Source: Lingula anatina (lineage: Eukaryota; Animalia; Brachiopoda). From it: a DNA stretch of 64,000 nucleotides. Each line of letters begins with the position of its first letter. Within the stretch, counting starts at the first letter, position 1. The notes below the pieces were generated by a model, which was not told where the DNA came from, made no database searches, and was given only the letters and a program-made list of their open reading frames with translations. This document shows, piece after piece, positions 1 to 11,669 of the stretch. The DNA is taken from assembly GCA_051362555.1 (NCBI GenBank), contig CM120648.1, forward strand, positions 3,282,587 to 3,346,586, given 5' to 3'. The position numbers and the translations under genes were made by a program.

Positions 1-2311
1 TCGAGTTAATGAGCCTTAAATGATTCCTCTACACCTGCTTGGTGCATCAATATCCGAATCCATTTCCAGGATATTGTATCGTTGAAAACAGATGAGTTAA
101 GTTTTCTATAACTAGTAAACAAAAAATTATCTTGTCCATTTCTCAATGGCTTTGTCCTTTTAAATATTCCTTAACATATGTCAATGTACACAATCTCCTA
201 TCTGGAGGGTACAGTTTAAATTGTATAGATATTGTTCAGTACCAATTCCTGGTCTTGTTTGTTTCAAAGTTTCTTTGGTTTTTAAACATAATCTTTGTGA
301 AGTTCTAACTCTTGGAACTTCAGTTAATGCAACAATTTGTGCTCTCTGTGCTGATGTAAAAAACATAAGCATGATCAGCTTCATTGTTAGATCTTTCAGT
401 AATAACTGCCTTGCTGGCGACAGTTTCCTCATGTAGTTCAAAACAAATGTTACATCCCACACTTGTTGATATCTGGATGCAGTAGGTCGAGTGTTAAAAA
501 CTCCTTTTAAAACCTATGATATAATTATGACTCCCCACTGTTGGAGCACCAAAAGTAATAAATGTTGATAATGCACATCTAGCAGTGTTTATAGCACTGT
601 AACTTAAGCCATCTTCACAGAGATGTACTAAAAAAAAAATCTAGCACTTTTGCTACAGTTGGTCTATAAGTTGACCTTCCTTCATTTGAAAACATTCCCC
701 ATTTTTTAATATAGACTGATAATGGTTCTGAGAAGATTTCCTCCATGATTTGAATATGATTTCGATAGCTCTCTCTGAAAATCTATCTGACTTGAGAGTT
801 TTCTGATACTTTGCATGCCAACAGTTTCAAACGATTTCCCATTGAGTGTGTCACCCGTTTCTAGTGAGGAAGTGATAAGTAATACTGTTGTTGTTGGCGA
901 TAACGGAATAAAGGATGTCTACTAACATATCCATTAACGGAGTGAATCATACTTGTGTCAACCAAAAAAGGTATCACAACTAAAAACATCTGCCTGATCT
1001 TCCCGAATCTTCTTGATTATCCTGGGAATCAGACTCTACCGGTGCCACTTCTTGCACCTCTAAAGCTCTTAGGAAAATTTCTTCCTCTTTCTCTGGGAGT
1101 CCCAGAATATGATAGACCAGTGTTTTTAAACACTTGGTAATTCATTTTGTTGACATCAGACATGTCACGGATTCTTTTTACTAGTTCATCCCCAAAAAGC
1201 CTATTTGTATATGGGATGGAACTTGCACACAAATGCGAATATTGCTTATCAATGTGAGGTCTTAAAGCCTCTTTCCTTCTTGTGCAAAGTTCAAAGTTTG
1301 TGCAACCAAATGCTCGAAATGCATTCGTAGCATCATGGATTATTTCTTCAAAATGTTCTTCCTCTAAATTTTTAGTATCTGAATCCCATTTACTAATGAG
1401 TTTGTTCATTGCAACTGCCAAAGAGGAAACGCCCTTTATCAAACAATTTTGCACTCTCTGAACTTTAAATCTTGTGTTTTAGCATCATGACTAATGCTAG
1501 GCCATATTTCCTCATTTATGATAATTGGTTGCAAACCTTCACAGTTGGAAGGAGTTAAAATTTCCTCAAAAAATGCTTTAGCCTCTTCTTCCATAGGTTT
1601 AGACCTCATGAAAGCTGTAATATTACCAGCTAAGGTTGTGTTAATTTCAGGCCCTTTGGGCTCAGGTTTTTTAGCTGTTTCAGTCATTTTCTTCAAGACT
1701 TTCATTTTCTTTTCTGGAAGAAGTTCTTCCTCTATGTGTCTTTTACTTGTACTGGGCTTTTCATTATGGGCAGTGTCTGCCATCTCGACTACTTGGTCTG
1801 AATCCCGAGCCTCACTAAGTACTGACGTGTCGTCATAAATTTGCTCTTCATAATACTCTTGAGGATATTCATACCTTATTTCGTTTTTAAAATCCTCCAT
1901 TTGCTTTTGAAGATTATCTTGCATATTCTTCATTGTGCCAGCTATCAAGTCTAGTGCTGCACTAATTTTATGATCCACAGTCGTGGCATTATCGGCACTA
2001 GTGGACGCGCCATTTTCATTTTCAACGTGAACGTTAGTCTGCGTCAAAGTTGGAATCTCTGTTAGAACTTGTGGTGAGTCCTTTTGACTTCCCGTCGGAA
2101 GATTTTTTGTGGCCGTGCGTACTTTTCTTAACTTTCGGTATGCTTTCGACCTTTTTAGCCATGTTACTCTTGAATTTTTGTGCCGCTATTTTGCCACGCG
2201 TGCCGTGCTCGTTCGACAAGAAACCGGAAGTGAAGATATGCGCAAGTGCGCATATGCTCTCGCATAAAACGGGAATCTCGTATGACCTCATTTGTATGGA
2301 AACGAAATAGA
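1..2311 (-). mobile_element. Degenerate DIRS-like tyrosine-recombinase retrotransposon (gag-like ORF, end of RT/RNaseH ORF, YR), internally deleted; runs off the left edge
   Basis: A gag-like ORF1 is split by frameshifts (2034-2291, 1439-2047, 1029-1454, e.g. ELCTRRKEALRPHIDKQYSHLC...NRLFGDEL). The ~800-1020 region reads as the C-terminus of the pol ORF (IPRIIKKIREDQA...PMGNRLKLLACKVS). The 1-790 region reads as a broken YR (SAINTARCALS...GVFNTRP...WDVTFVLNYM...TMKLIMLM..TSAQRAQ...LKQTRPG...FKAH). No RT core is seen. Confidence 0.85.
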
Positions 2312-3758
2312 ATCATTTATATATGCTTCTTTAAATTTGATTAATGAGATATTTCAAAATAGTCAGAATACAACTTGAATAAAACTTATGGTGAGCCTTG
2401 GTGCAATATTTAAACACAAAACCTAGAGCTACTTCCACAGGTCCTTAGCTTCACAGCACACATACACTTAAAGTTGAGCAACCCCTACTGATCTCTTAGT
2501 TGTTCAGTCAGAGAACATTCAGACAGTACATGCTCCTTTGTTTGCGCTGATGTCCAGAAAACACAGTCTATTCTGTCTAGTAATCGTCTCTTCATGAAGG
2601 GTTCAGGAGAATGGAATGACTTTTTATTACTCAAATAATTACAAACTTTCTTTTATGTAGAAAAAGGTGAAGGCATTATAACGCTCGCGCAAACTTATTT
2701 AGTTTGCATTTTTCTTTGTTATTTGTGAATATCTGCAAACAGTTTTCGATTTGCTTTTCTTCTAGAAAATCACACATTGGAAAGAGGTGGCAAAAGAAAA
2801 CACAATGTTTTACGATTCCATGGTACTTACCTGTAAAGTTTAGTTCCTGTGGAAGTTGTAGATTTTGTTTAAAACGCATTTGCGTGTATATACATGTAGT
2901 TAGCCGCTTTTTTGTTATGAGCTCTGTGTACACCGTAACAGATAAAAAGCTACTGTATGTAGCCAAATGTTCATCAGCACAACGAAGCTCTGTTTTTGCT
3001 CAAAAATAAGTAACATTAGTCCATATGACTGAAAATTGTCAATTATTAATGACGAAAACTAATAAGATAAAATGTTACAAAACTGGGGAGATAATATAAC
3101 ATACCCCAAACTATATAAGTGTCATAATATAAAAATAATAAAGTATGTTAATGAGTGTAACCAGGATTTATGAAAAATATGAGAAATCACAACGGCTTTA
3201 AGAGCAAGAAGTTAGCACAAATGAAAATAAAAGGCTTAAGATGTGAGAGAAAACACAGGGATATCTGGTAAAACTGACTAGGCAAACGAACAAACAGAAC
3301 ATAAATAGTTCCCAAAATATCTTTCATAAAATATAAATGTGTGTGCCTATACATTCACAGCAGCTAAGGCATTTCATAACCCTGGAAATCTGTTATCACC
3401 TTGCCTGGGTCAACTACTTAAGGTCAAAATGTGCAGACACAAGATCCAAACTAAGACTATTTCCTATGAACAAAACGTTGATGTATTATCGAAAAGTTAT
3501 TACCACCACTAAAAACAAACCATTTCCTACATAAATACAATAAATTATCTTAGTTGCAGTTAATAGTGCTGGGTAAAGAGCTTTAGAAGTCACATATTGC
3601 ACGTTGCTTTATAAACCAACATCTGATCACAACACAGCCAAAAGGGTAAATATGTCACACGGCACAATGTAAATAACTCAAACTTGTCTGAATAATTCCT
3701 AAGACCGTAAGGATCTTGTTCACAAGACTGTTTTCTTGACTACAATTTGACTCAGGCA

Positions 3759-6700
3759 TCATTCGTGGTCTTTTAGCAGGCACTGAATGTGAGCTTCATC
3801 CACCGGTATCCACTTTAATTGAGTCATCTTCTCCAGCTCCAAAAGACCAACACTCAGTAGATAGCATACAGAAGCATTAGGATAATCCCCATTTAACGCT
3901 TTTTTGTACTTAAGTTCACCACCCATAACCATGGCGAGGAGTTCATGGCCGTCTTCCAAACGAACGAATGACCCACTGTCGCCCCCAGCGCAGAAAGTGC
4001 CAATAATACCGTCTACGATGACAAACATCAGTTCATTGCCTTCTTCGTCTGTCGATCGCTCAACATCTTTAACTCTGCCATACGTAAGACCTGTTTGTGC
4101 CCCATACTTGAAAACCAATTCCCCGATTACGTTATCGATGTTTTCCCTAAAAATACTTTCCCCGGGACCGTCCTTAATTCCTGGGCGCCATCCAAGCGTT
4201 GGAACTACGATGGCTGCTATGTCGACATAACGAGATGGTGTTGACCCCGTCTTAATGGCCCAACGACATGTCCCATAGTGCACTTCCGTGCACGTGTCTA
4301 CGGTTCCAGCGTCACAAGATTGGATCACACGGACGTCATCGTCTTTGTTAGCAACATGCTCATTGGTGATCACATACACTGGTGAGTCCACCGCGCTTGT
4401 GCGGAAGTAACCACCAAGGGACCCGAAACGGTCCTCGTCTTTGCCCTCTATTACAATCTTTGCTCCCGGTCTTGATGGTTTCTTGCCACACATGGATGAT
4501 ATCCCCTTCGAAGTTGCCGAAACTATGACGTCACAATCCATCCCATGGGCTTTCACCAAAGACTTTAGCATTTCTTTCACTGCGAGCTCGGTGTGTTTTC
4601 CGAGGTGCTTTCTGAGGACATAAACCTGAACGCTGCCCTCGTCGAACCCCAACATGTGGACGAAATTAAATCTGAAACAAGTCCGTGAACATCATGAGAG
4701 ACATCCGCATTTATGTTTTCGTCTGTCTGTTCAGTAAACTCAAGGATCGAGTTATATTTACAACTCCTTGGTAAATATCAAAGCAAAAACTAAAGCACAT
4801 ATAAAATTGAATAATATTATATTTTACGGAGCTCGTACATCACAATTATTAAGTTGACCAAAGTAACTCACTGCCAAAGAATTTTTTCCAGACGTTCAGG
4901 AATGGCTATTGGGATGGTAGTTGTGCACTCCGAAGAATCGTCAATATTGTTGGTAACTGGAAGTAAAACTTCATCTGTGTTTGGCCATCTAAAAGAAATA
5001 GACAAGGCTGATTCTGCATCTATAAATCCATCATACAAAGGTGTGTGGCATTGTCTCTTTGTGTTTTGAATTTTTAAAAAGAAAACAACTTTCTGAACTC
5101 ACTCAAAGTTTCAGAGCACTAATGGTTAACATCTAGTACGGCAAAAATATGCCGACTAATAGTATTGGCAAATTCCCCTTAAATTTTCAAACTCGGGATT
5201 ATGCTGAAAACATCAAACTTAAAACTTTTAATTGGAAATTTTTCGTCTAGTACTGGCACTCTTTGCATTTTAATTAATAAAAATGTATAAAAAAGACAGA
5301 TAATTTTTACGGCCTTACGCTTTAAAATCTGTCATGTGTTCTGTCTTTTCATCTTGTGACACCCTTGGGTGTAAGAATTCACTGCGGCGAATCGGTGTGT
5401 GGTCTTTTGCAGTCCCTCGTCGAAGAAGTAAAAAGTTACCTATTACAACAATAAGTTTATTTGAAACACTGCAGCCAGAAATAAATGAGTACAAATAAAT
5501 GAGTTATATTTCAAAAATTGAAAAGTAATCATTTCATAAAATAAAGGATTCACACTAAGATGAAATTGAGTTCGAAATAAAACACAGCTGTAAAAGTTTT
5601 ATAAAGAAAGCTAAATGTTTGTGTTTGGGTGTTAAAATGCTAGGCCTTGAATTTTGTTACACTGAAGTCGAATTAGTTATGTCTTAGTTTTCTGTGTGTT
5701 CTGAATGTTAAGAGGTAAATTAGCTTGTCGTTCTTAATTTTCTCGTAGAAAGATTTACGTAGTTATAAGCTTTTTTTGAAAAAAAAATTAAATTTTGCTT
5801 TTTACCGGGGCACCAACGTAAGATAAATTGGGAAATAAAATTCTGACTGCCTCGACTGTATTTTTTTTTAAATAGGGACAAACGGTAATAACTGCCATTG
5901 GCTATGTGTCAGCTTTATGACATTAGGCCAATGATAGTAAGCCAACGCGAATGTTTTCGTTGGCATACCAAAATTGGCCCAACATTGGCCAAAGGTTGAT
6001 AAGCCAACAAAAACATACCTTCATGGGCCAAACGCGTGTCTAACGTTGGGAACCCAACGTCAACCAAATGTCAACCATGCCAACGTTGGGCCAATTTTTT
6101 TTCTATCTGGGAGCTTAAACATATAAACACAAATACTAGAACTGTTCTGTACAATAGCCTACTTCCTTATTGCTTGATTTAGGGAATGTAAATGTGGATC
6201 CTTTCATATTTCTTGATATCTTTATAACATTGAAAAAAAGGATGAGATGTGAGATTACAGTACCTGCAGCAATAGTAAGGAACACTACGTGTAAAACCAT
6301 CAATACATGCAGGTGTAAATATCTGTTCTCTATGTGGCTGGCAGACACAATGCCTGAAAGACGAATGAAAAGATTTTAAAGGTCAAAATGCAACACATGG
6401 CAATTAATGTGACCATAAGTGACGGAATTTATATTAACTTTCATCACATTACGGTCTCTCCGTCATAACCGTGATAAAACACCTTGCAGTTGTAAAATTT
6501 TCATAAGCCAGTTGATATTGAAATATTAAAATATTCAAAACTGTTGATTTCACGGGATTAAAATGGTGTCTTTTATAAGATTCTTAGCATAGATTGCACA
6601 GTGCACGTAATATAAAGGCATAAAAATCGACGAAAAATATATAATAAAACCCTTCATGCCAATACCCGCTTGTTGCTGATCACAACACACATTATCATCT

Positions 6701-9700
6701 GTGGCATTTCCAGGAATTCGGACACAACGGTTGAATTTTTCACATCTGAAAATAAGTAAGTATGATGTAGCAAATATAAGGAATGATGTATCGCCGTAAT
6801 ATTGGGTAGTAATTAGTAGAAGCAATATAAAATAACTATTTACAAATGTGGACATGATCAGAATGCCCTCCCCCTTCGCAGTTTTGTATTTTTATATGTA
6901 GGCCTATCAGTTTTACTATCATTATTTGTGGCACATATTAAGAATTATGTTCTTTATTTGTGGTCAAAGTAAGTCAATCTCTTTTCATTTAAGTATTATC
7001 TTTTTCAAAAACAGACACCCATTAAGTCCCATTTAAACTATAGTTCTACGTGGATCGATCTAACTCCGCGGGGACTCTTGCTGAATGCAATCAGATTAAC
7101 GCACCCACTATTGTTTTCAATGTACTCGTATAATCACCAGCTAACTTTTTGTATTTTACTCAACCCTGGAGGGAAAAATCATTCAGTTATGCTGATTGCA
7201 TTCAGTGAGATTCCTTGCAGACCTGGATCAGTCTACGTAGAACAATAATTCCATTGGGAATAAGCCTTAAGAAATAAAAGCCACCACTCTACTATCACCA
7301 TACTTCTACCACTACTGGAAATGACAAATACTTGCTGATACATCGTAAACATGTAGTAGAAAGGTGAATCTACTTTATCCTCTAAAACTCTGGGCTCTCA
7401 CAGGTTAAGTCTGGACTATTATGTAAGGTCGTCAGTTCAGAAAAACATTTCGGGGCACAAATAAAAGATATTTACTTACTTGGTGTGAGGACGACATTTT
7501 TCCAAATTGTCGTATGTGTCGGAAAAAGTCCCAGGGCTACATTCCATGCACCCGCCTTATATACATGCAATGTGAAACAAACAGATACATCTGATGGTTA
7601 TTTAAATATCACAGCTGAACTAGCCAACTTGGGTATCAAAACATGTTTGATAACATTGTTCCATTCAAGGTATTATATACGGTAAGTAAATTTGGGTCGG
7701 CGAATAATTCGTTGGTTGTGTTTTATTTAAAGGTGGCGAAGAATTCGTCTTCCCCCAAGGAACCTACGCTCTTTCATCATGCATGCATGCATTTCTACTA
7801 ATTGCTTGTAACATTCAAAATACGTTTAACTTGTTTAACTTTACAAGCTTTCCAGTTTTTAAATGTTGAGAAGAATGGACCTTGATTTGACTCCTACCCC
7901 CCACCAAACGACCCATCACCCCAACAAAAAAGAAAAGATAAAAAACTAATAACGGTACATGTACTGGTAGGCTGAAAGACGGTCAAGACCGACTTCACTT
8001 CTTACCTTTGTCATCAATCTCATATCCTGGCGGGCACAGTTTATTCTTTTTACAAGTGGAAGATTCCTCATTCCAATAGCATCCTTGCTTACACTCGCAC
8101 TCCGCGTTTTCGGTCGAAGTCCCTCGGTGGTTATATCTTGTACACAAGCCATCGCATAATTTCCTAGAAATAGGAGAAGGTGACTGAAATTGTGCAGTGC
8201 TAAATTTTAGCTTATTCTTTCCACGCCACATCTAAATTATCAAGTTAAAATGTATTTGCATTCGGACTATATATACCGGTGTGACAGGTAGTCCTAGGAA
8301 TAAAAGTCCGGGGCCCAATATGATTAGAACATGGTGGGGGTTAGTTCGAATATGAGACAAATGTCACCTGTACAAAGTAATGGGGAACGGACTAGAACTT
8401 CTAGCAGAGTACCATTCCTGCCACACCGGTAATTTTAATTAGTTAAAACTAAAAATTACAGGGTGGCTTTTTTACTCTTTCTTTATAATATCTGCCACCC
8501 TGGTACAGGCCTACCCAACTACCAGACTCGGCACCGAATGATCCTGAATTCACCGGTAGTTCAGGCCACAATACCCGTTTTCAAGGTGTGCGTCAGTACA
8601 CGCTTCGAAGTATCAGACGCGACACCGCTCTTGCCCAGTGTGCGATGTGATAGTGATGATTCTCAACGGGGTTGGAAAGTAGTGCATCTCAAAATTTGTT
8701 CCAGGGCATGATACTGTGAAATGCATACTGACGCACACCTTGAAAACGGGTAGTGTGGTCCGATCTACCGTGAATTCTGGACCATTCGGTGTCGAGTCTG
8801 GAAGTTGGGTAGGCCTGATATTTATTTATTTTTTTAAATGGACAAAATGACATCAATCTTCTTATGGAACAATTTCAAACACTGTCCATGGTACCCCACA
8901 ACCGTCTCCCATCCTCCAGGGGTCTCTCAGGTTGTCACAAATTGAACCAAAAAAATCCAAAGATTAGTAACAGCTAGATAGACACCCGGTGGAGGGTAAC
9001 TGTTACAAACCACGGCATTTAAAAGCCTAAATCTTTACAGGCATCTTAACTTGAAAACCCTGCTTTACACTACGTGTACGTGTTTCCCCGTTTGTGTTTT
9101 AATGCACATTCTGCAGTTAAGCCAGCATTTTCTGAACGATAAACGTACTTTTTGATACACTTGGTGCCCAGCTGGTTAGGTATGGGTTGAAATGTCCCTG
9201 GGGGACAGGGACGACATGTAGTGGACTCGGGGTTGACAGAGCTACATGGTTCGGCATAATGTCCTGTAAAAAGTGACAGGATAACAGGTTTAGGGGTTAT
9301 CCATTTTCTTATCATAGTTTTCACAATTATACAAAGCGTAGTCTTTGTCCAGACCCCTGCCCATTCAGAGCGTAGAGGGTGACAAGCTTAAAATGGTGAA
9401 GTTTGATAGCAATTTGGATCTTCGTTTTTATTATTTTTATAATCATACAGAAGGCATTAGCTAGACTCCCCCCTACGCTCCAACGTGCGGTTTGTAGACT
9501 TGTGAAAAAAGGTCAACAAATTTATGTAAAGTGCAAGTTCATGTATGTTGCCCCATATTTGTCAATATTTGCAGAGCAAAATAGAATAATTGACAGTTTA
9601 ATCAATGTAGAGTCTTTTCATACATAAAGAATTGACTTATTTTGACAAATCGCTCTAGATGCAGGGTTATCGTTATAGTGTATTGTACATGCACTCGGGA

Positions 9701-10008
9701 ACGGTACTTTGCTTGCTGGGATATTACAATGCATGTCATAGTACAGAGTTGCTTAAGATCATGACTGGGTTGTGACAGTCTTGCACAATGTACGCACCAG
9801 GTGGACATATACGTTTCCTGCAACAGACCTCTTCTCCTGTTGAGTGAAAGACAGAAGCATAATCAGTCGAATCGAAGCCACACTGGTTCAGTCTTGGTCC
9901 ATTCGTTGTTGATAAAAATAGTGACAATAATAATAACAGTAGGAAGGAACCAAGAAAACGGACTTGGAAGTAATACACTGGATACAGGGATGCTTTACTT
10001 GAAATCAT
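3759..10008 (-). CDS. TNF-receptor-superfamily-like membrane protein with an intracellular trypsin/chymotrypsin-fold serine protease domain (626 aa, 9 coding exons)
   Basis: Exons 10008-9798, 9263-9149, 8163-8006, 7555-7480, 6745-6666, 6353-6264, 5439-5319, 4988-4872 and 4671-3759 all have GT-AG boundaries with matching phases (1,2,1,2,1,1,2,2) and total 1881 nt. The product has an N-terminal hydrophobic leader (FLGSFLLLLLLSLFLS), TNFR cysteine-rich repeats (CCRKRICPPGHYAEPC..TTCRPCPPGTFQ; CMECSPGTFSDTYDNLEKCRPHTKC..GNATDDNVC), a TM segment followed by RR, and protease motifs TNEHV / VDIAAI / GDSGS. Confidence 0.85.
5920..6111. repeat. Truncated non-autonomous DNA element with repeated CCAACGTTGG-like palindromes
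   Basis: Repeated ccaac/gttgg motifs end in ctatctggg, a common invertebrate MITE terminus. Confidence 0.5.
7022..7270. mobile_element. Foldback/MITE-like element, related to 27720-27926
   Basis: Inverted arms gttctacgtggatcgatc..gctgaatgcaatcag / ctgattgcattcagt..gtctacgtagaac, with TTAA at both outer edges. Confidence 0.6.
8274..8431. mobile_element. Small MITE, related to ~27500-27685
   Basis: Terminal inverted repeats taccggtgtgacagg ... cctgccacaccggta. Confidence 0.6.
8506..8817. mobile_element. MITE with ~90-bp terminal inverted repeats in intron 2 of the TNFR-protease gene
   Basis: caggcctacccaactaccagactcggcaccgaatg...ttcaaggtgtgcgtcagta pairs with tactgacgcacaccttgaa...cattcggtgtcgagtctggaagttgggtaggcctg. 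Confidence 0.85.
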
Positions 10009-10638
10009 GTCTACCTGAAGTAGAAGATAACAGAAATTTGAATGAATAATATTAACTTAGTCAACCTGCAAACTTGCCGTTGTGTTCGCTCCGTTAGATT
10101 TAGATTCCACCCCTGCTGCAAAGAATGTGTAAGGAAAAATTTAATCACTTCACTATTGCAGTGGCGGATTCAGGGATTCAGGATTATTTGAAGTGTGTGT
10201 GTTGGGGGGGGGGGGGGGTGTCCAGAAAGACAGGCCTTGGATGCAAAGCCGACCATCGTCTCCTTGGTGTGGGGTTCGGGGCCTGTTCACGGACCCCTAA
10301 TTTTGTGTGTGTGTGTTTTGGAGAGCAAATAATAGTTTTAAACTATAATATAGCTAGTCACGTTTCTAATTTCAAGAGGGAAATATTGGTGTTGTGTACA
10401 TTTTACTTTTTAAACTACAAATCTATAAGATAAAGTGAACATGCAGCGCTCCACTCTACTGATCTCAGTACAGTGGCCCACATACTGCTTTTGAGGAACA
10501 ATGTACAAAATATGGCGACCCTATTTACTTCCTTTTTTCCTAACGCCACATTTTCTACATAGCCATTCTATTTAACAAGAGAGCGAACTCTTACATTATT
10601 TATCACTTTCTTGTGCAGTGAAGTGATGGCAAACTTAC

Positions 10639-11000
10639 CTGTTGAGAAGATACCTCAAGGTAACCAACCTCTGCACGAACTATACTTTCAAATATACAAA
10701 TTAGGCTTTGGGCGTGTCAGAAATACGAAGGTGACGCTCGAGTGCACGATTTATTACATGAAATGACGGGGCATTTTCTTTTATGTTCATTCCAGAATGC
10801 CCCCTATTGTTCGCCTGTACAGGTAAGCGTAGACTATGTAGGCTATGGATGTGGCTCGTGCGTGCTTGTGACATGGAAAATTTAATAAAATACAGTATGT
10901 CGGGCCAACGCTTCGCCTTTCGCCATCAGTATAACAGCCCGGGAGCCACTGGTCTGCCGCTAGGTGGCTATTAAACAAACCGGAAGTTCGAGAATTTGAA
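10639..11000 (-). promoter_or_regulatory. Putative 5' UTR exon and promoter of the TNFR-protease gene
   Basis: There is a strong donor (CAG|GTAAGT) at 10639/10638 and an acceptor just before the ATG (exon starts 10014). A kappaB-like GGGGCATTTTC lies at 10768-10778 and an ETS-like CCGGAAGT at ~10980. Confidence 0.45.
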
Positions 11001-11669
11001 TTGGGCAATATTTTTTTAGATTTATAGGGTGTCATACACGGTGTATTATCTCGGCTATTAACGTACTTGGGGTTACAATATGTACATTGTCATATTGAGA
11101 AATAAATTTCGAATAATGTGAGATGACCCAAAAGTTGATCTACAGCATATTTAATGTTGAAAAATGAGTTTGAAATCGAAATTTTATTAAAGCTATTACG
11201 GAAGTTCGTTTTTGATTTTGATTTTTGTACCTATAGAGGCCTCCGCACAACTTGAAATTACTACAAGTTGGGGAAAATTTATTCAGCTTTCTGTCAATGT
11301 AAGCATGTAAAGAACTTTGCCTTAAGCTGTGAATGGCACAAATCAATTCCCGGCCATGTCAGCCTGAAAACTCTCACTTACGATATCCGCAAATAAGCCT
11401 CGCTTTGACTTAGTGCTTTCTCATGAGCTTCAGTCTCGTTTTAGTTTTTCCTTCACACAGTATTACTTATATAGAGCAACTGGGTATTGGGGACAATGAA
11501 ATAATTTTTTTCTTGGCACTTACCACGGTGCTAATACAAATGAACTTTAACATTTTTTTTTCATTGTAGATAAACCTTTTTATTACATGAGGCCAACTGA
11601 TGAGGGTATTCCTTTCATTAAATATGAAAAATAACAAATGAAAGACAATTTACATTTAATCACATTGCT

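Noticed and set aside
3759-4655. Stand-alone 298-aa bacterial-type protease gene or contamination
   Set aside because: An in-phase acceptor at 4672/4671 links it to upstream spliceosomal exons, and the flanks are ordinary host intron and UTR sequence.
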